A DNA stretch of 32,000 nt from an uncultured bacterium (GTDB lineage Bacteria > Patescibacteriota > Gracilibacteria > UBA1369 > PNNO01), in assembly GCA_963704705.1 (NCBI GenBank), contig OY969931.1, positions 660,001 to 692,000 on the forward strand. The letters are read 5' to 3'. The position numbers and the translations under genes are program-made. Below, in pieces: positions 9,928 through 17,815 of the stretch (position 1 is the first letter of the stretch; each line of letters begins with the position of its first letter). The notes under the pieces were generated by a model. That model was not told the DNA's origin and searched no databases. It saw only the letters and a list, made by a program, of their open reading frames with translations.

Positions 9928-11105
9928 TAAAAAAGCCAATTAACATTTTCGATAATTTAAGAGGTACAAGAATAATGCTTTATGGTGTTATTTTTTCTTT
10001 AATAATAGCTACATTAAGTTTTGGAATTATAGCTAAATCAACCAAAGAATCACTATTGGTAAAAGATGATCAGATTAATCTGCTTGCACAGGAAGTAGGT
10101 GAGTTAAAAGAAGAGAATCTGTATTTATATGATTATTTGAAGATTAATCGAGACATTGTGAGTGAGGGTTTTGATTTATTACATAAGTCTTTTGAAGACT
10201 ATGTTAATTCAGGAGAAACAGAGAAAAAAGAAGCTGAAAATCAATTTGAAAAAGTGAAAACTGATTTAATTACTGCAATTGGAGAAAAAGAAAAAGTAAT
10301 TGAAAATCTAAAAGTAAAAAATGAAAAATTAAATGATGAAGTTTCGTTTCAGGCATACGAGAGTGATATAACCAATATTTTAATTTTAGGCACACACGAT
10401 AAACTTACTGATACTATAATACTTGTATCAATCAATCCATCTAAAAACACCATTTCTCTAATAAGTATTCCAAGAGATTTATATTTAAACGGCAGAAAAA
10501 TTAATTCAATATATTCAGTATTTGGCATAGATCAGGTAAAGGAAGAAATATACAAAGTAACTGGTGTTTATCCAAATAAATATGCAATTATTGATTTCGA
10601 CAGTTTTATTAAAACGATTGATATTATTGGGGGGATTGATTTGTATGTTAAGAAAGATATTTATGATCCTTACTTCCCTGATTCAGCAAATGGTTATGAA
10701 GTTTATGAAATTAAAGCAGGGTCTCATCATTTTACAGGTGAACAGGCATTAATGTATTCCAGAAGCAGAAAATCAACTTCTGATTTTGACCGGAGCGAAA
10801 GACAGCATCAGGTAATTCAGGCTATTAGAGTTAAGCTGAAAAAATTAAATCTTCTTAGTGATTTGGATAAAGCCATAAGTATTTTTAAAGAGATTTCAAG
10901 CAGCTTTAAAACTGATATTGATGTTTTTGAAGCGCTTTATTACTTAAATCATTATCAGAATTATGCTATAGAAAGCGGAAATGTCTTAAGTACTGCAAAT
11001 TTACTTTATTCAACAAAATCAATAGACGGAGAATATATCCTTTTGCCAAAAAGTGGTGATTATTATGAAATCAAAAAGCAAATAAGTGAGTTGATTAAAA
11101 ATTAA
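9924..11105 (+). CDS. LytR-CpsA-Psr (LCP) family protein
   Basis: NILILGTHDKLTDTIILVSINPSKNTISLISIPRDLYL, FDSFIKTIDIIGGIDLYV, GEQALMYSRSRKSTSDFDRSERQHQVI; N-terminal TM helix; ATGA overlap with upstream gene. Confidence 0.92.
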   Translation: MIKKPINIFDNLRGTRIMLYGVIFSLIIATLSFGIIAKSTKESLLVKDDQINLLAQEVGELKEENLYLYDYLKINRDIVSEGFDLLHKSFEDYVNSGETEKKEAENQFEKVKTDLITAIGEKEKVIENLKVKNEKLNDEVSFQAYESDITNILILGTHDKLTDTIILVSINPSKNTISLISIPRDLYLNGRKINSIYSVFGIDQVKEEIYKVTGVYPNKYAIIDFDSFIKTIDIIGGIDLYVKKDIYDPYFPDSANGYEVYEIKAGSHHFTGEQALMYSRSRKSTSDFDRSERQHQVIQAIRVKLKKLNLLSDLDKAISIFKEISSSFKTDIDVFEALYYLNHYQNYAIESGNVLSTANLLYSTKSIDGEYILLPKSGDYYEIKKQISELIKN

Positions 11106-11144
11106 TTTTAATGCATAATAACAATGTTTTATAAAATTAAAACA

Positions 11145-11768
11145 ATGAAAAAAATACTAATGTTGTTTTGCTCAATAACAACTTTATTATTAATCACTGC
11201 ATGTAATAACGACCAGCTTGATAATCAGAATGAAATTTATGTTGATCCGGCTATCGATATAACTTATTCAAAGGGAAATGCAAATGCCAAAGTAGTTGTG
11301 ACTCAATTTGGTGAATATGAATGTAGTTTTTGTTCTAGATTTGCTTTGGAAATTCTCCCAAAAATTCAAAAAGATTACATTGAAACCGGAAAAATACTTT
11401 TTATATTTAAAGATTTCCCAATTGCAAACAAAGAAAATTCACAAAAGGCAAGTGAAGCAACCTATTGTGCCGGCGATCAAGGAGAAGAAAAGTATTGGGA
11501 TATGCATATAAAACTAAGTGAAAATTACGATAAACTAAAATTAGAAGATCTATATGGGTATGCTGACGAATTGGGATTAGAACCTAATGCATTTAAAAAT
11601 TGTCTTGAAAGCGATAAATATAGAAATCTTGTATTAAGAAACAAACAACAGGGGTTAAAATTAAATGTAAATAACAATCCAACATTAATTATTAATAATG
11701 AGAAATTAGTTGGACTTCAGCCTTATGAAAATATTACTAAAGTTATTGATACAAAATTAAAAGAATAG
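11145..11768 (+). CDS. DsbA-like thioredoxin-fold lipoprotein (track ORF starts at 11124; MKKILMLF at 11145 is the likelier start)
   Basis: Lipobox LLLITACNN; FGEYECSFCSRFA active site CSFC; NNNPTLIIN cis-Pro region; DsbA-like ordering KDFPIANKENSQKASEATYCAGDQG. Confidence 0.9.
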   Translation: MKKILMLFCSITTLLLITACNNDQLDNQNEIYVDPAIDITYSKGNANAKVVVTQFGEYECSFCSRFALEILPKIQKDYIETGKILFIFKDFPIANKENSQKASEATYCAGDQGEEKYWDMHIKLSENYDKLKLEDLYGYADELGLEPNAFKNCLESDKYRNLVLRNKQQGLKLNVNNNPTLIINNEKLVGLQPYENITKVIDTKLKE

Positions 11769-11770
11769 CT

Positions 11771-12295
11771 TTACCACCACACTTTTTTTATTTTCAATTT
11801 ATAAGCGATTACATTTGCTCCAAGCGCAAAAAGGGGCGAAATAATTAAAAGTATAATGATAAGTTCTAAGGTAGGCACAACAATAAGTGAGCCGATTAAT
11901 AAACCACCTACCACATAATCAATCTGGTCGAATATAATCCATGGTTCACCGCTTTTTTTACCTATTCGTCTTTTAAAATAACTTTTAATAAGATCACCGG
12001 TTAAGGCTCCAAGTCCAAGATAAAAGCTTAGAAGAAGTGTAAACATTAAATTATTTTGCCAAATTGAAAAACTATATAAACCAAAACCAAATTGAATTAA
12101 TCCAACAATTAAAGCTCCTAGAATACCAACAAAAAATCCTCTGTAAGTTTTGCTTTCACCAAACACTTTTTTGTTAATTGGTTTTGCAAGTGAGGGTAAT
12201 AATTTCAATCCATTAGCAATAACCGGCATAGCATTGGCTATATAGGCGGGTAGAAAAAAAATTATTGAAGCCAGAATTGCATTTAAAATTTGCAT
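11771..12295 (-). CDS. CDP-archaeol synthase-like / DUF46 family membrane protein (CTP-dependent transferase-like)
   Basis: FFLPAYIANAMPVIANGL, ESKTYRGFFVGILGALIVG, LGLGALTGDLIKSYFKRRIGKKSGEPWIIFDQIDYVVGG match the CarS-like pattern. Confidence 0.75.
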   Translation of the reverse strand: MQILNAILASIIFFLPAYIANAMPVIANGLKLLPSLAKPINKKVFGESKTYRGFFVGILGALIVGLIQFGFGLYSFSIWQNNLMFTLLLSFYLGLGALTGDLIKSYFKRRIGKKSGEPWIIFDQIDYVVGGLLIGSLIVVPTLELIIILLIISPLFALGANVIAYKLKIKKVWW

Positions 12296-12331
12296 TGGAG
12301 ATGTTTATTAACGCCGTTCGTTCCATGGAGT

Positions 12332-12345
12332 CGCGCATGTGCGCG
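12332..12345. other. GC-rich hairpin-forming inverted repeat followed by TTTTT on + strand
   Basis: CGCGC-ATGT-GCGCG then TTTTT (12346-12350), abutting the 3' end of the tRNA gene. Confidence 0.5.
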
Positions 12346-12349
12346 TTTT

Positions 12350-12426
12350 TGGTAGCAGGGGAGGGGATCGAACCCACGACCTCGGGCTTATGAGTCCCGC
12401 GCTCTAACCAACTGAGCTACCCTGCC
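12350..12426 (-). tRNA. tRNA with CAT anticodon, probably elongator tRNA-Met, CCA encoded
   Basis: Reverse complement GGCAGGGTAGCTCAGTTGGTTAGAGCGCGGGACTCATAAGCCCGAGGTCGTGGGTTCGATCCCCTCCCCTGCTACCA; cloverleaf with D-arm, TTCGATC loop, anticodon loop CTCATAA. Confidence 0.9.
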
Positions 12427-12487
12427 ATATTAAAATATGCGAATAGTATTTTAAAGTGAGCAACGATTTGTTGCAAGTAATTATTAT

Positions 12488-13240
12488 TTAGAAATTTTTT
12501 GCGTTTATGCTAAACCTTACTACTCCGGCTATAATTAGATTTGGATCGGTTTTTCTTAGTCTTTCAATTTGTGGATTGCTATGCATTGGTTCAAAATAAT
12601 ACTCATTTCCGTCTTTATATACACGCTTTACTCCGATTTCATTTTTATAAAAAATTGTAAATAACTTCCCGCTGTTATCCTCCCCGATTTCATTATTGTG
12701 CACCATTTCACCTATTAAAACATCACCTATATTTAATCCAAATTCAGGATAATCTCTTATAAATACCTGAACTGCAACAAGTTTATCTAAAGGTTTAAAA
12801 TATTTAATCGTGTTTTTTATATATGATTTAGATAAATATATAAATCTGTTAGTTTTGTTTTTAAATTCAATTAAATCAGACAATTGTTTGTTATGCACCT
12901 TTGTTACGTCTATATAAGGGATAGCCACAATATCCTCATTAAAATCAGTTTTAATATCCCTTTCTATTAAAGAAACAATCTTATCCCACTTTTTTGCTTT
13001 TTCAATATAGTGCATTACTCCACTATTATCTTCACCAAAAAAATAACCTATGGGCTTTTTCAAGAATTCCGCAATTCTTAACAATTCCCAAACTTTTGGA
13101 GTATACCTTCCCTGCGTTATGTTTGTTACATAAGCTCTGGATTTATTAATCATATTTGCCAGTTGGGTTTGAGTTATATTTGATTCTTTTAATCCTTGTT
13201 TTATACGCCTGGCAATTAAATCTTTTGTATTTTGGTTCAT
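12488..13240 (-). CDS. XRE-family regulator with C-terminal S24/CI-like domain (apparently non-catalytic)
   Basis: HTH: RIKQGLKESNITQTQLANMINKSRAYVTNITQGRYTPKVWELLRIAEFL; C-term FGLNIGDVLIGEM...GKLFTIFYKNEIGVKRVYKDGNEYYFEPMHSNPQIERL...IIAGVVRFS resembles the LexA/CI dimerisation/peptidase fold. Confidence 0.75.
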   Translation of the reverse strand: MNQNTKDLIARRIKQGLKESNITQTQLANMINKSRAYVTNITQGRYTPKVWELLRIAEFLKKPIGYFFGEDNSGVMHYIEKAKKWDKIVSLIERDIKTDFNEDIVAIPYIDVTKVHNKQLSDLIEFKNKTNRFIYLSKSYIKNTIKYFKPLDKLVAVQVFIRDYPEFGLNIGDVLIGEMVHNNEIGEDNSGKLFTIFYKNEIGVKRVYKDGNEYYFEPMHSNPQIERLRKTDPNLIIAGVVRFSINAKNF

Positions 13241-13276
13241 TTCCCTTAATTTGTTAACAGGTACTAAACATATTAT

Positions 13277-13329
13277 TTACCCTGATGTAATTTTTGTAAA
13301 GTAAAAAAAACACCTTTACATTATGTAAA
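13277..13329. promoter_or_regulatory. Cluster of TTAC/GTAA inverted half-sites, candidate operator region
   Basis: TTAC-CCTGAT-GTAA (13277-13290), GTAAA...TTTAC (13296-13319), TTTAC-ATTAT-GTAAA (13315-13329), just upstream of the XRE gene start. Confidence 0.4.
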
Positions 13330-13390
13330 TATTTTCCTACATTATATCTGGTTTTAGAGAAATCTTTTTCAAAAGAAAAGAGAGAGGCTT

Positions 13391-13425
13391 AAAACAAAGG
13401 GCACCAATTGGGTGCTTTTTGTTTT
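13391..13425 (+). terminator. Intrinsic-terminator-like hairpin upstream of pgsA
   Basis: AAAACAAAGGGCACC-AATTG-GGTGCTTTTTGTTTT: ~15-bp stem including G-U pairs, followed by a T-rich tail. Confidence 0.6.
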
Positions 13426-13465
13426 ATTTAATTTGCTTTATAATAAAAACAACTAACAAAATAAA

Positions 13466-14017
13466 ATGACATTACCAAATATTATTTCTATATTTCGCAT
13501 TTTACTGATTCCTGTAATAATTGCTTTTTTATTTATTGATTTTAATAATCATTATTATTTTGCTTTAGGTTTATACCTAATTGGGATGTTATCTGACTTA
13601 CTGGATGGTTATATAGCCCGTAAATATAAATTAGAAAGTAAACTTGGTCGTTTTCTAGATCCTCTTGCAGATAAAATAATGAATATTTTGATGATGGTTA
13701 CGTTAACTTATCTTCAGATTTTTCCTTTATGGATAGTTTTATTACAAATTGCCCGTGATTTGTTTGTTGATGCTGCAATTAATCTTCAGGCTTCATTAAA
13801 AATGTTTAATAGTGCGGCAATAGGCGCTAAGCTTAGAACTTTGTTTCTTGTTTTAGCTGTTTCAATTGGAATAATATCTTTAATTAATCTTGATCAAAAT
13901 TTGATAAATATTGCTTATTATTTATTAATAGCATCTTTTGTAGTTGGATTTTTTGGTATACAAAAGCCAAGTGTAATAATAGCTAAAACGATTTTGAAAA
14001 AATGGGGAAGAAAATAA
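13466..14017 (+). CDS. pgsA: CDP-alcohol phosphatidyltransferase (PgsA-like)
   Basis: MTLPNIISIFRILLIPVI start; motif DLLDGYIARKYKLESKLGRFLDPLADKIMN (D-G-x2-A-R-x8-G-x3-D-x3-D type). Confidence 0.93.
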   Translation: MTLPNIISIFRILLIPVIIAFLFIDFNNHYYFALGLYLIGMLSDLLDGYIARKYKLESKLGRFLDPLADKIMNILMMVTLTYLQIFPLWIVLLQIARDLFVDAAINLQASLKMFNSAAIGAKLRTLFLVLAVSIGIISLINLDQNLINIAYYLLIASFVVGFFGIQKPSVIIAKTILKKWGRK

Positions 14018-14020
14018 ATT

Positions 14021-14095
14021 TGGTTGCGGGGACAGGATTCGAACCTGCGACCTCCGGGTTATGAGCCCGACGAGCTGCCACTGCTCTACCCCGCG
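14021..14095 (-). tRNA. Initiator tRNA-fMet (CAT), CCA encoded
   Basis: Reverse complement CGCGGGGTAGAGCAGTGGCAGCTCGTCGGGCTCATAACCCGGAGGTCGCAGGTTCGAATCCTGTCCCCGCAACCA; C1-A72 mismatch and GGG/CCC anticodon stem pairs. Confidence 0.95.
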
Positions 14096-14151
14096 ATATT
14101 TGCATTGGTATTATAAAGGCCGAAAACTTAAAGTCAAGTTTAAGCTTCGTG

Positions 14152-14565
14152 TTATCTAAAAGGATTATCTTCGAAAATAAATACTCTCCATTTTTCAGTA
14201 TTAGATAATACTTCAAGATCTCTTTTTGAAATTGTATCTAGATTTAAATTATCTTCTTCACCTACTTGGTTATCATTTGAAGCTATGATTATTACTTCTT
14301 CCCCGGGATTAACTAGCCCTTTATTTTGTTTAAGAATTTTATCTATATAGCTTTCTGAAGTTACATAATCAAATTCAGAGATAAGATTGTTGTTTTCCTC
14401 TTCTATTTTTTGATTTTCTGTTTCGAAATCTTCAATATATATGTCTATTTGATGACTCTTGTAAAAAGCCAAAGTTAATGAATATAATAGATAGGCACTT
14501 AATATTATTAAGCCAATTATTACAAAGTTTGTGAAATTTGATGGTTGATCATTATTCTGTTGCAT
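14152..14565 (-). CDS. Septum formation initiator FtsB/DivIC-like protein
   Basis: N-terminal TM helix, coiled coil DFETENQKIEEENNNLISE, then SYIDKILKQNKGLVNPGEEVIIIA. Confidence 0.78.
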   Translation of the reverse strand: MQQNNDQPSNFTNFVIIGLIILSAYLLYSLTLAFYKSHQIDIYIEDFETENQKIEEENNNLISEFDYVTSESYIDKILKQNKGLVNPGEEVIIIASNDNQVGEEDNLNLDTISKRDLEVLSNTEKWRVFIFEDNPFR

Positions 14566-14583
14566 GACAATAAATTATCATAA

Positions 14584-15909
14584 ATGAATAAAAAAATACA
14601 TTTAATCGGTATAGGTGGAATAGGTTTAAGCGGGCTTGCACAAATACTCTACGAACAGGGATATAAAGTTTCAGGTTCTGATAAGGAGGATTCGGATATT
14701 ATCGAAAGAATGAAAGAAAAAGGCATAAAAATTCAAATCGGTCATAATGAACAATTTTTACCTGAAGATTCAATCAAAGTAATATATTCTTCAGCTATTC
14801 CTGATGATAATCCGGAACTTTTAAAAGCAAAGAAATTAAAAATTCCAATATTTACTTATGCCCAGGCAATTAAAGAATTTACTGAAAATTTATATACAAT
14901 TGCTGTATGCGGAACTCACGGAAAAACAACTGTTACAGCCTTTTCTTCACTTGCTTTAATTGCAGGAGAAAAAGATCCCACTGTTATAATTGGGTCTGAA
15001 TTAAAAGAATTTGGTGGTCAAAATTACAGATTGGGCACTGAAGATTATTTTATTGTTGAAGCTTGTGAATATAAACGAAATTTTCTTAATTATTCTCCAA
15101 ATATAATAATTCTAACAAACCTTGAAGCCGAGCATCTTGATTATTTTAAAGATTTGGATGATTACAAAGAAGCTTTTAAAGAATTTATAGCTAAATTGCC
15201 TGAAGATGGATTTTTAATTGCCAACGGCGATGATGAAAATGTTTTGGATGTTATCACTGATGCTAAAGCTCAGGTTATTTTATTTCATAGTGATGACCCG
15301 AGGATAAAAGAATTAAATTTACAGATTCCAGGTGATTTTAATAAATTAAATGCACTGTGTGGCATTATTTTAGGTCAGATATTAAATATAGACCGCGAAA
15401 AAATTCTCAATATTTATTCAAAATTTAAAGGTGCGTGGAGACGATTTGAAATTCTTGGAAAATTTTACAATATGACCGTTATAAGTGATTATGCTCATCA
15501 TCCAACAGCAATCAAAAAAACAATTGATGCTGCTCATGAAAAATATCCTAATTCAAAAATTTGCTGTTTATTTCAGCCGCATCAATATAATCGTACACGA
15601 AACTTTATTAAGGAATTTGGAGAATCATTTAAAAAAGCTGAAACAGTAATTTTACCTAATATTTATCAGGTCAGAGATAAAAAAGAAGATATTGAAGGTG
15701 TAAAACTTGAGGATCTTGCTGAATCCATAAATAAAAATGGCACTGAAGTAGTATTGAAATCCGATTATGATTCTATCAAACAGTATCTTGAAGGAAATAA
15801 ATCAAAATATGATGTATTAATAATTATGGGAGCAGGGGATATATGGAAATTTGGCGAATACTATCTTTCGCAAAATCCAGAAAAATTTTGTGAAACCTGT
15901 ATGGATTAA
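14584..15909 (+). CDS. murC: UDP-N-acetylmuramate--L-alanine ligase
   Basis: IHLIGIGGIGLSGLAQILYEQGYKVSGSD, VCGTHGKTTVTAFSS, EACEYKRNFL, SDYAHHPTAIKKTI, FQPHQYNRTRNF. Confidence 0.96.
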   Translation: MNKKIHLIGIGGIGLSGLAQILYEQGYKVSGSDKEDSDIIERMKEKGIKIQIGHNEQFLPEDSIKVIYSSAIPDDNPELLKAKKLKIPIFTYAQAIKEFTENLYTIAVCGTHGKTTVTAFSSLALIAGEKDPTVIIGSELKEFGGQNYRLGTEDYFIVEACEYKRNFLNYSPNIIILTNLEAEHLDYFKDLDDYKEAFKEFIAKLPEDGFLIANGDDENVLDVITDAKAQVILFHSDDPRIKELNLQIPGDFNKLNALCGIILGQILNIDREKILNIYSKFKGAWRRFEILGKFYNMTVISDYAHHPTAIKKTIDAAHEKYPNSKICCLFQPHQYNRTRNFIKEFGESFKKAETVILPNIYQVRDKKEDIEGVKLEDLAESINKNGTEVVLKSDYDSIKQYLEGNKSKYDVLIIMGAGDIWKFGEYYLSQNPEKFCETCMD

Positions 15910-17294
15910 TTAAATTTCTTCCAGATTGTACCCTCAGCAGTATCTTCGAGCACTATCCCGTGACTTAAAAGTTCATCTCTAATTTTATCTGATTTCTCCC
16001 ATTCTTTATTTGCACGTGCTGTTTCACGTTCTTTCATCAGTTTTTGGATATTGTCAGGAAGCTCTTCAGCTTCTTTAGGAATTAAAACAACAAAAACTTT
16101 ATCAATGTCAGTTATAAAATCCAGAATATTATCGCGATCACTATCGTTTAAATCAATATCATCTTTAAGAATATTTATTTCTTTAATAAATTCGAATAAT
16201 GCTGCTAAACCATCAGGTGTTTCAAAATCATTATTCATTCCGGTTTCAAATTTTTGTTTAGCATTTGCAGTAGCTTTTTTAATTTCATCATGAAGTATAC
16301 CGGAATCTTTTATTCTTTTAATTGAATTTACAAAATCATGAATTCTTTGCAGACTCATTTTAGACTGTTCCAAAAGTGCATCAGTAAAATTAATTGGTGA
16401 ACGGTAATGAGTTTGTAAGTACAAAAATCTAATTACTTCACCCGAATATTGGTCTAAAAGATTTTGAAGAGTAATGAAATTGCCTAATGATTTAGACATC
16501 TTTTCTTCATTTATGTTTATGAAGCCATTATGAAGCCAGTATTTTGCGAATAATTGTTTGGTTGCAGTTTCACTTTGCGCTATTTCGCATTCATGATGAG
16601 GAAAAGTTAGATCAGCACCGCCTGCATGTATATCGATTGTATCACCTAAAATAGATGTACTCATAGCACTGCACTCGATATGCCAGCCCGGTCTGCCTTT
16701 ACCCCACGGGCTGTCCCAGGAAGGTTCTCCTGGTTTTTCTTTTTTCCATAATGCAAAATCCTGTGGATTTCTTTTTGCTTCATTTACTTCAACACGAGCT
16801 CCCATTTGCAATTCATCTAATTTTTGATTTGATAATTTGCCGTATTCAGGAAATTTAGAAATATCAAAGTAAATTCCATCTTCCAGTTCGTAAATTGCTC
16901 CTGCTTCATCCAATTTTTTAATTAATTCAATAATATGATCAATATATTCGGTTGCTCTTGGTTTAACATCCGGATCCATTATTTTAAGCCTTCCATAATC
17001 TCTTTCGTACATTGGAATAACTTTTTCTGACAATTCTTTAACTGATATGCCTTCTTCATTGGCCCTGTTAATCATTTTATCGTCTATATCAGTGTAGTTT
17101 GATACATATTTGACATTGTATCCCTTATAAATTAAATAACGTCTAATAACATCAAAAGCAGTCGCGCTTCTGCCGTGTCCTAAATGCGCAGAGTCGTAAA
17201 CAGTTGGTCCGCATAAATAAAAAGTTACTTCTCCTTCTTTTAAAGATTTAAACTCCTCTTTTTGTCTGCTTAATGTATTGTAAATTTTAATCAT
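15906..17294 (-). CDS. cysS: Cysteinyl-tRNA synthetase
   Basis: VTFYLCGPTVYDSAHLGHGRSATAFDVIRRYL, GRPGWHIECSAMS, GGADLTFPHHECEIAQSE, KMSKSLGNF. Confidence 0.97.
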   Translation of the reverse strand: MIKIYNTLSRQKEEFKSLKEGEVTFYLCGPTVYDSAHLGHGRSATAFDVIRRYLIYKGYNVKYVSNYTDIDDKMINRANEEGISVKELSEKVIPMYERDYGRLKIMDPDVKPRATEYIDHIIELIKKLDEAGAIYELEDGIYFDISKFPEYGKLSNQKLDELQMGARVEVNEAKRNPQDFALWKKEKPGEPSWDSPWGKGRPGWHIECSAMSTSILGDTIDIHAGGADLTFPHHECEIAQSETATKQLFAKYWLHNGFININEEKMSKSLGNFITLQNLLDQYSGEVIRFLYLQTHYRSPINFTDALLEQSKMSLQRIHDFVNSIKRIKDSGILHDEIKKATANAKQKFETGMNNDFETPDGLAALFEFIKEINILKDDIDLNDSDRDNILDFITDIDKVFVVLIPKEAEELPDNIQKLMKERETARANKEWEKSDKIRDELLSHGIVLEDTAEGTIWKKFN

Positions 17295-17566
17295 GAAATT
17301 GGAAGTAATAATCCTATTAAAAGAGAGCGGGTAAATTCAATTACCATAAAAGCGATAATCGGACTTATGTCGATCATTCCAAGTCTTGGTACTACTCGTC
17401 TGAATAGTGATAAAACAGGTTCAGTAATTTCAAATAAGAATTTAGAAAAACCCGAACTCGCATTTACTGGTTTGATCCATGAAAGAATTACTCTTATGAA
17501 TATCGCAAATATTAATAGTTCTGCAAATACATTAACAAATTGTGCCAAAAAATACCGGATCTCCAT
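17291..17566 (-). CDS. YggT family membrane protein
   Basis: FIRVILSWIKPVNASSGFSKFLFEITEPVLSLFRRVVPRLGMIDISPIIAFMVIE, typical YggT pattern. Confidence 0.88.
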   Translation of the reverse strand: MEIRYFLAQFVNVFAELLIFAIFIRVILSWIKPVNASSGFSKFLFEITEPVLSLFRRVVPRLGMIDISPIIAFMVIEFTRSLLIGLLLPIS

Positions 17567-17597
17567 TTTCTAATTATTAATATGGCCGGATCTGATT

Positions 17598-17815
17598 CTA
17601 GCACACTTCGTCGTACTTTCTCAACCTACTCAATCAGTCGCATTCGCTCCTTCTTCGTAGCTTGATCTAGCACACTTCGTCGTACTTTCTCAACCTACTC
17701 AATCAGTCGCATTCGCTCCCTCTTCGTAGCTTGATCTAGCACACTTCGTCGTACTTTCTCAACCTACTCAATCAGTCGCATTCGCTCCTTCTTCGTAGCT
17801 TGATCTAGCACACTT
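17598..17815. repeat. Tandem repeat, 69-bp period, 3 full copies plus 11-bp partial copy
   Basis: Unit CTAGCACACTTCGTCGTACTTTCTCAACCTACTCAATCAGTCGCATTCGCTCCTTCTTCGTAGCTTGAT at 17598-17666, 17667-17735 (one T>C difference), 17736-17804, then CTAGCACACTT 17805-17815. Confidence 0.97.

Noticed and set aside
12350-14095. tRNA-flanked genomic island carrying the XRE regulator
   Set aside because: The segment contains pgsA, a core gene, has no integrase, and no direct repeat of tRNA 3' ends beyond normal tRNA similarity was seen. The palindromic patch keeps a weak possibility open.
13983-14216. 77-aa minus-strand ORF
   Set aside because: It runs through the initiator tRNA gene and its sequence (MQISRGRAVAARRAHNPEVAGSNPVPAT) is typical translated tRNA.
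17598-17815. CRISPR array
   Set aside because: The 69-bp units are contiguous and nearly identical with no variable spacers; no cas genes nearby.
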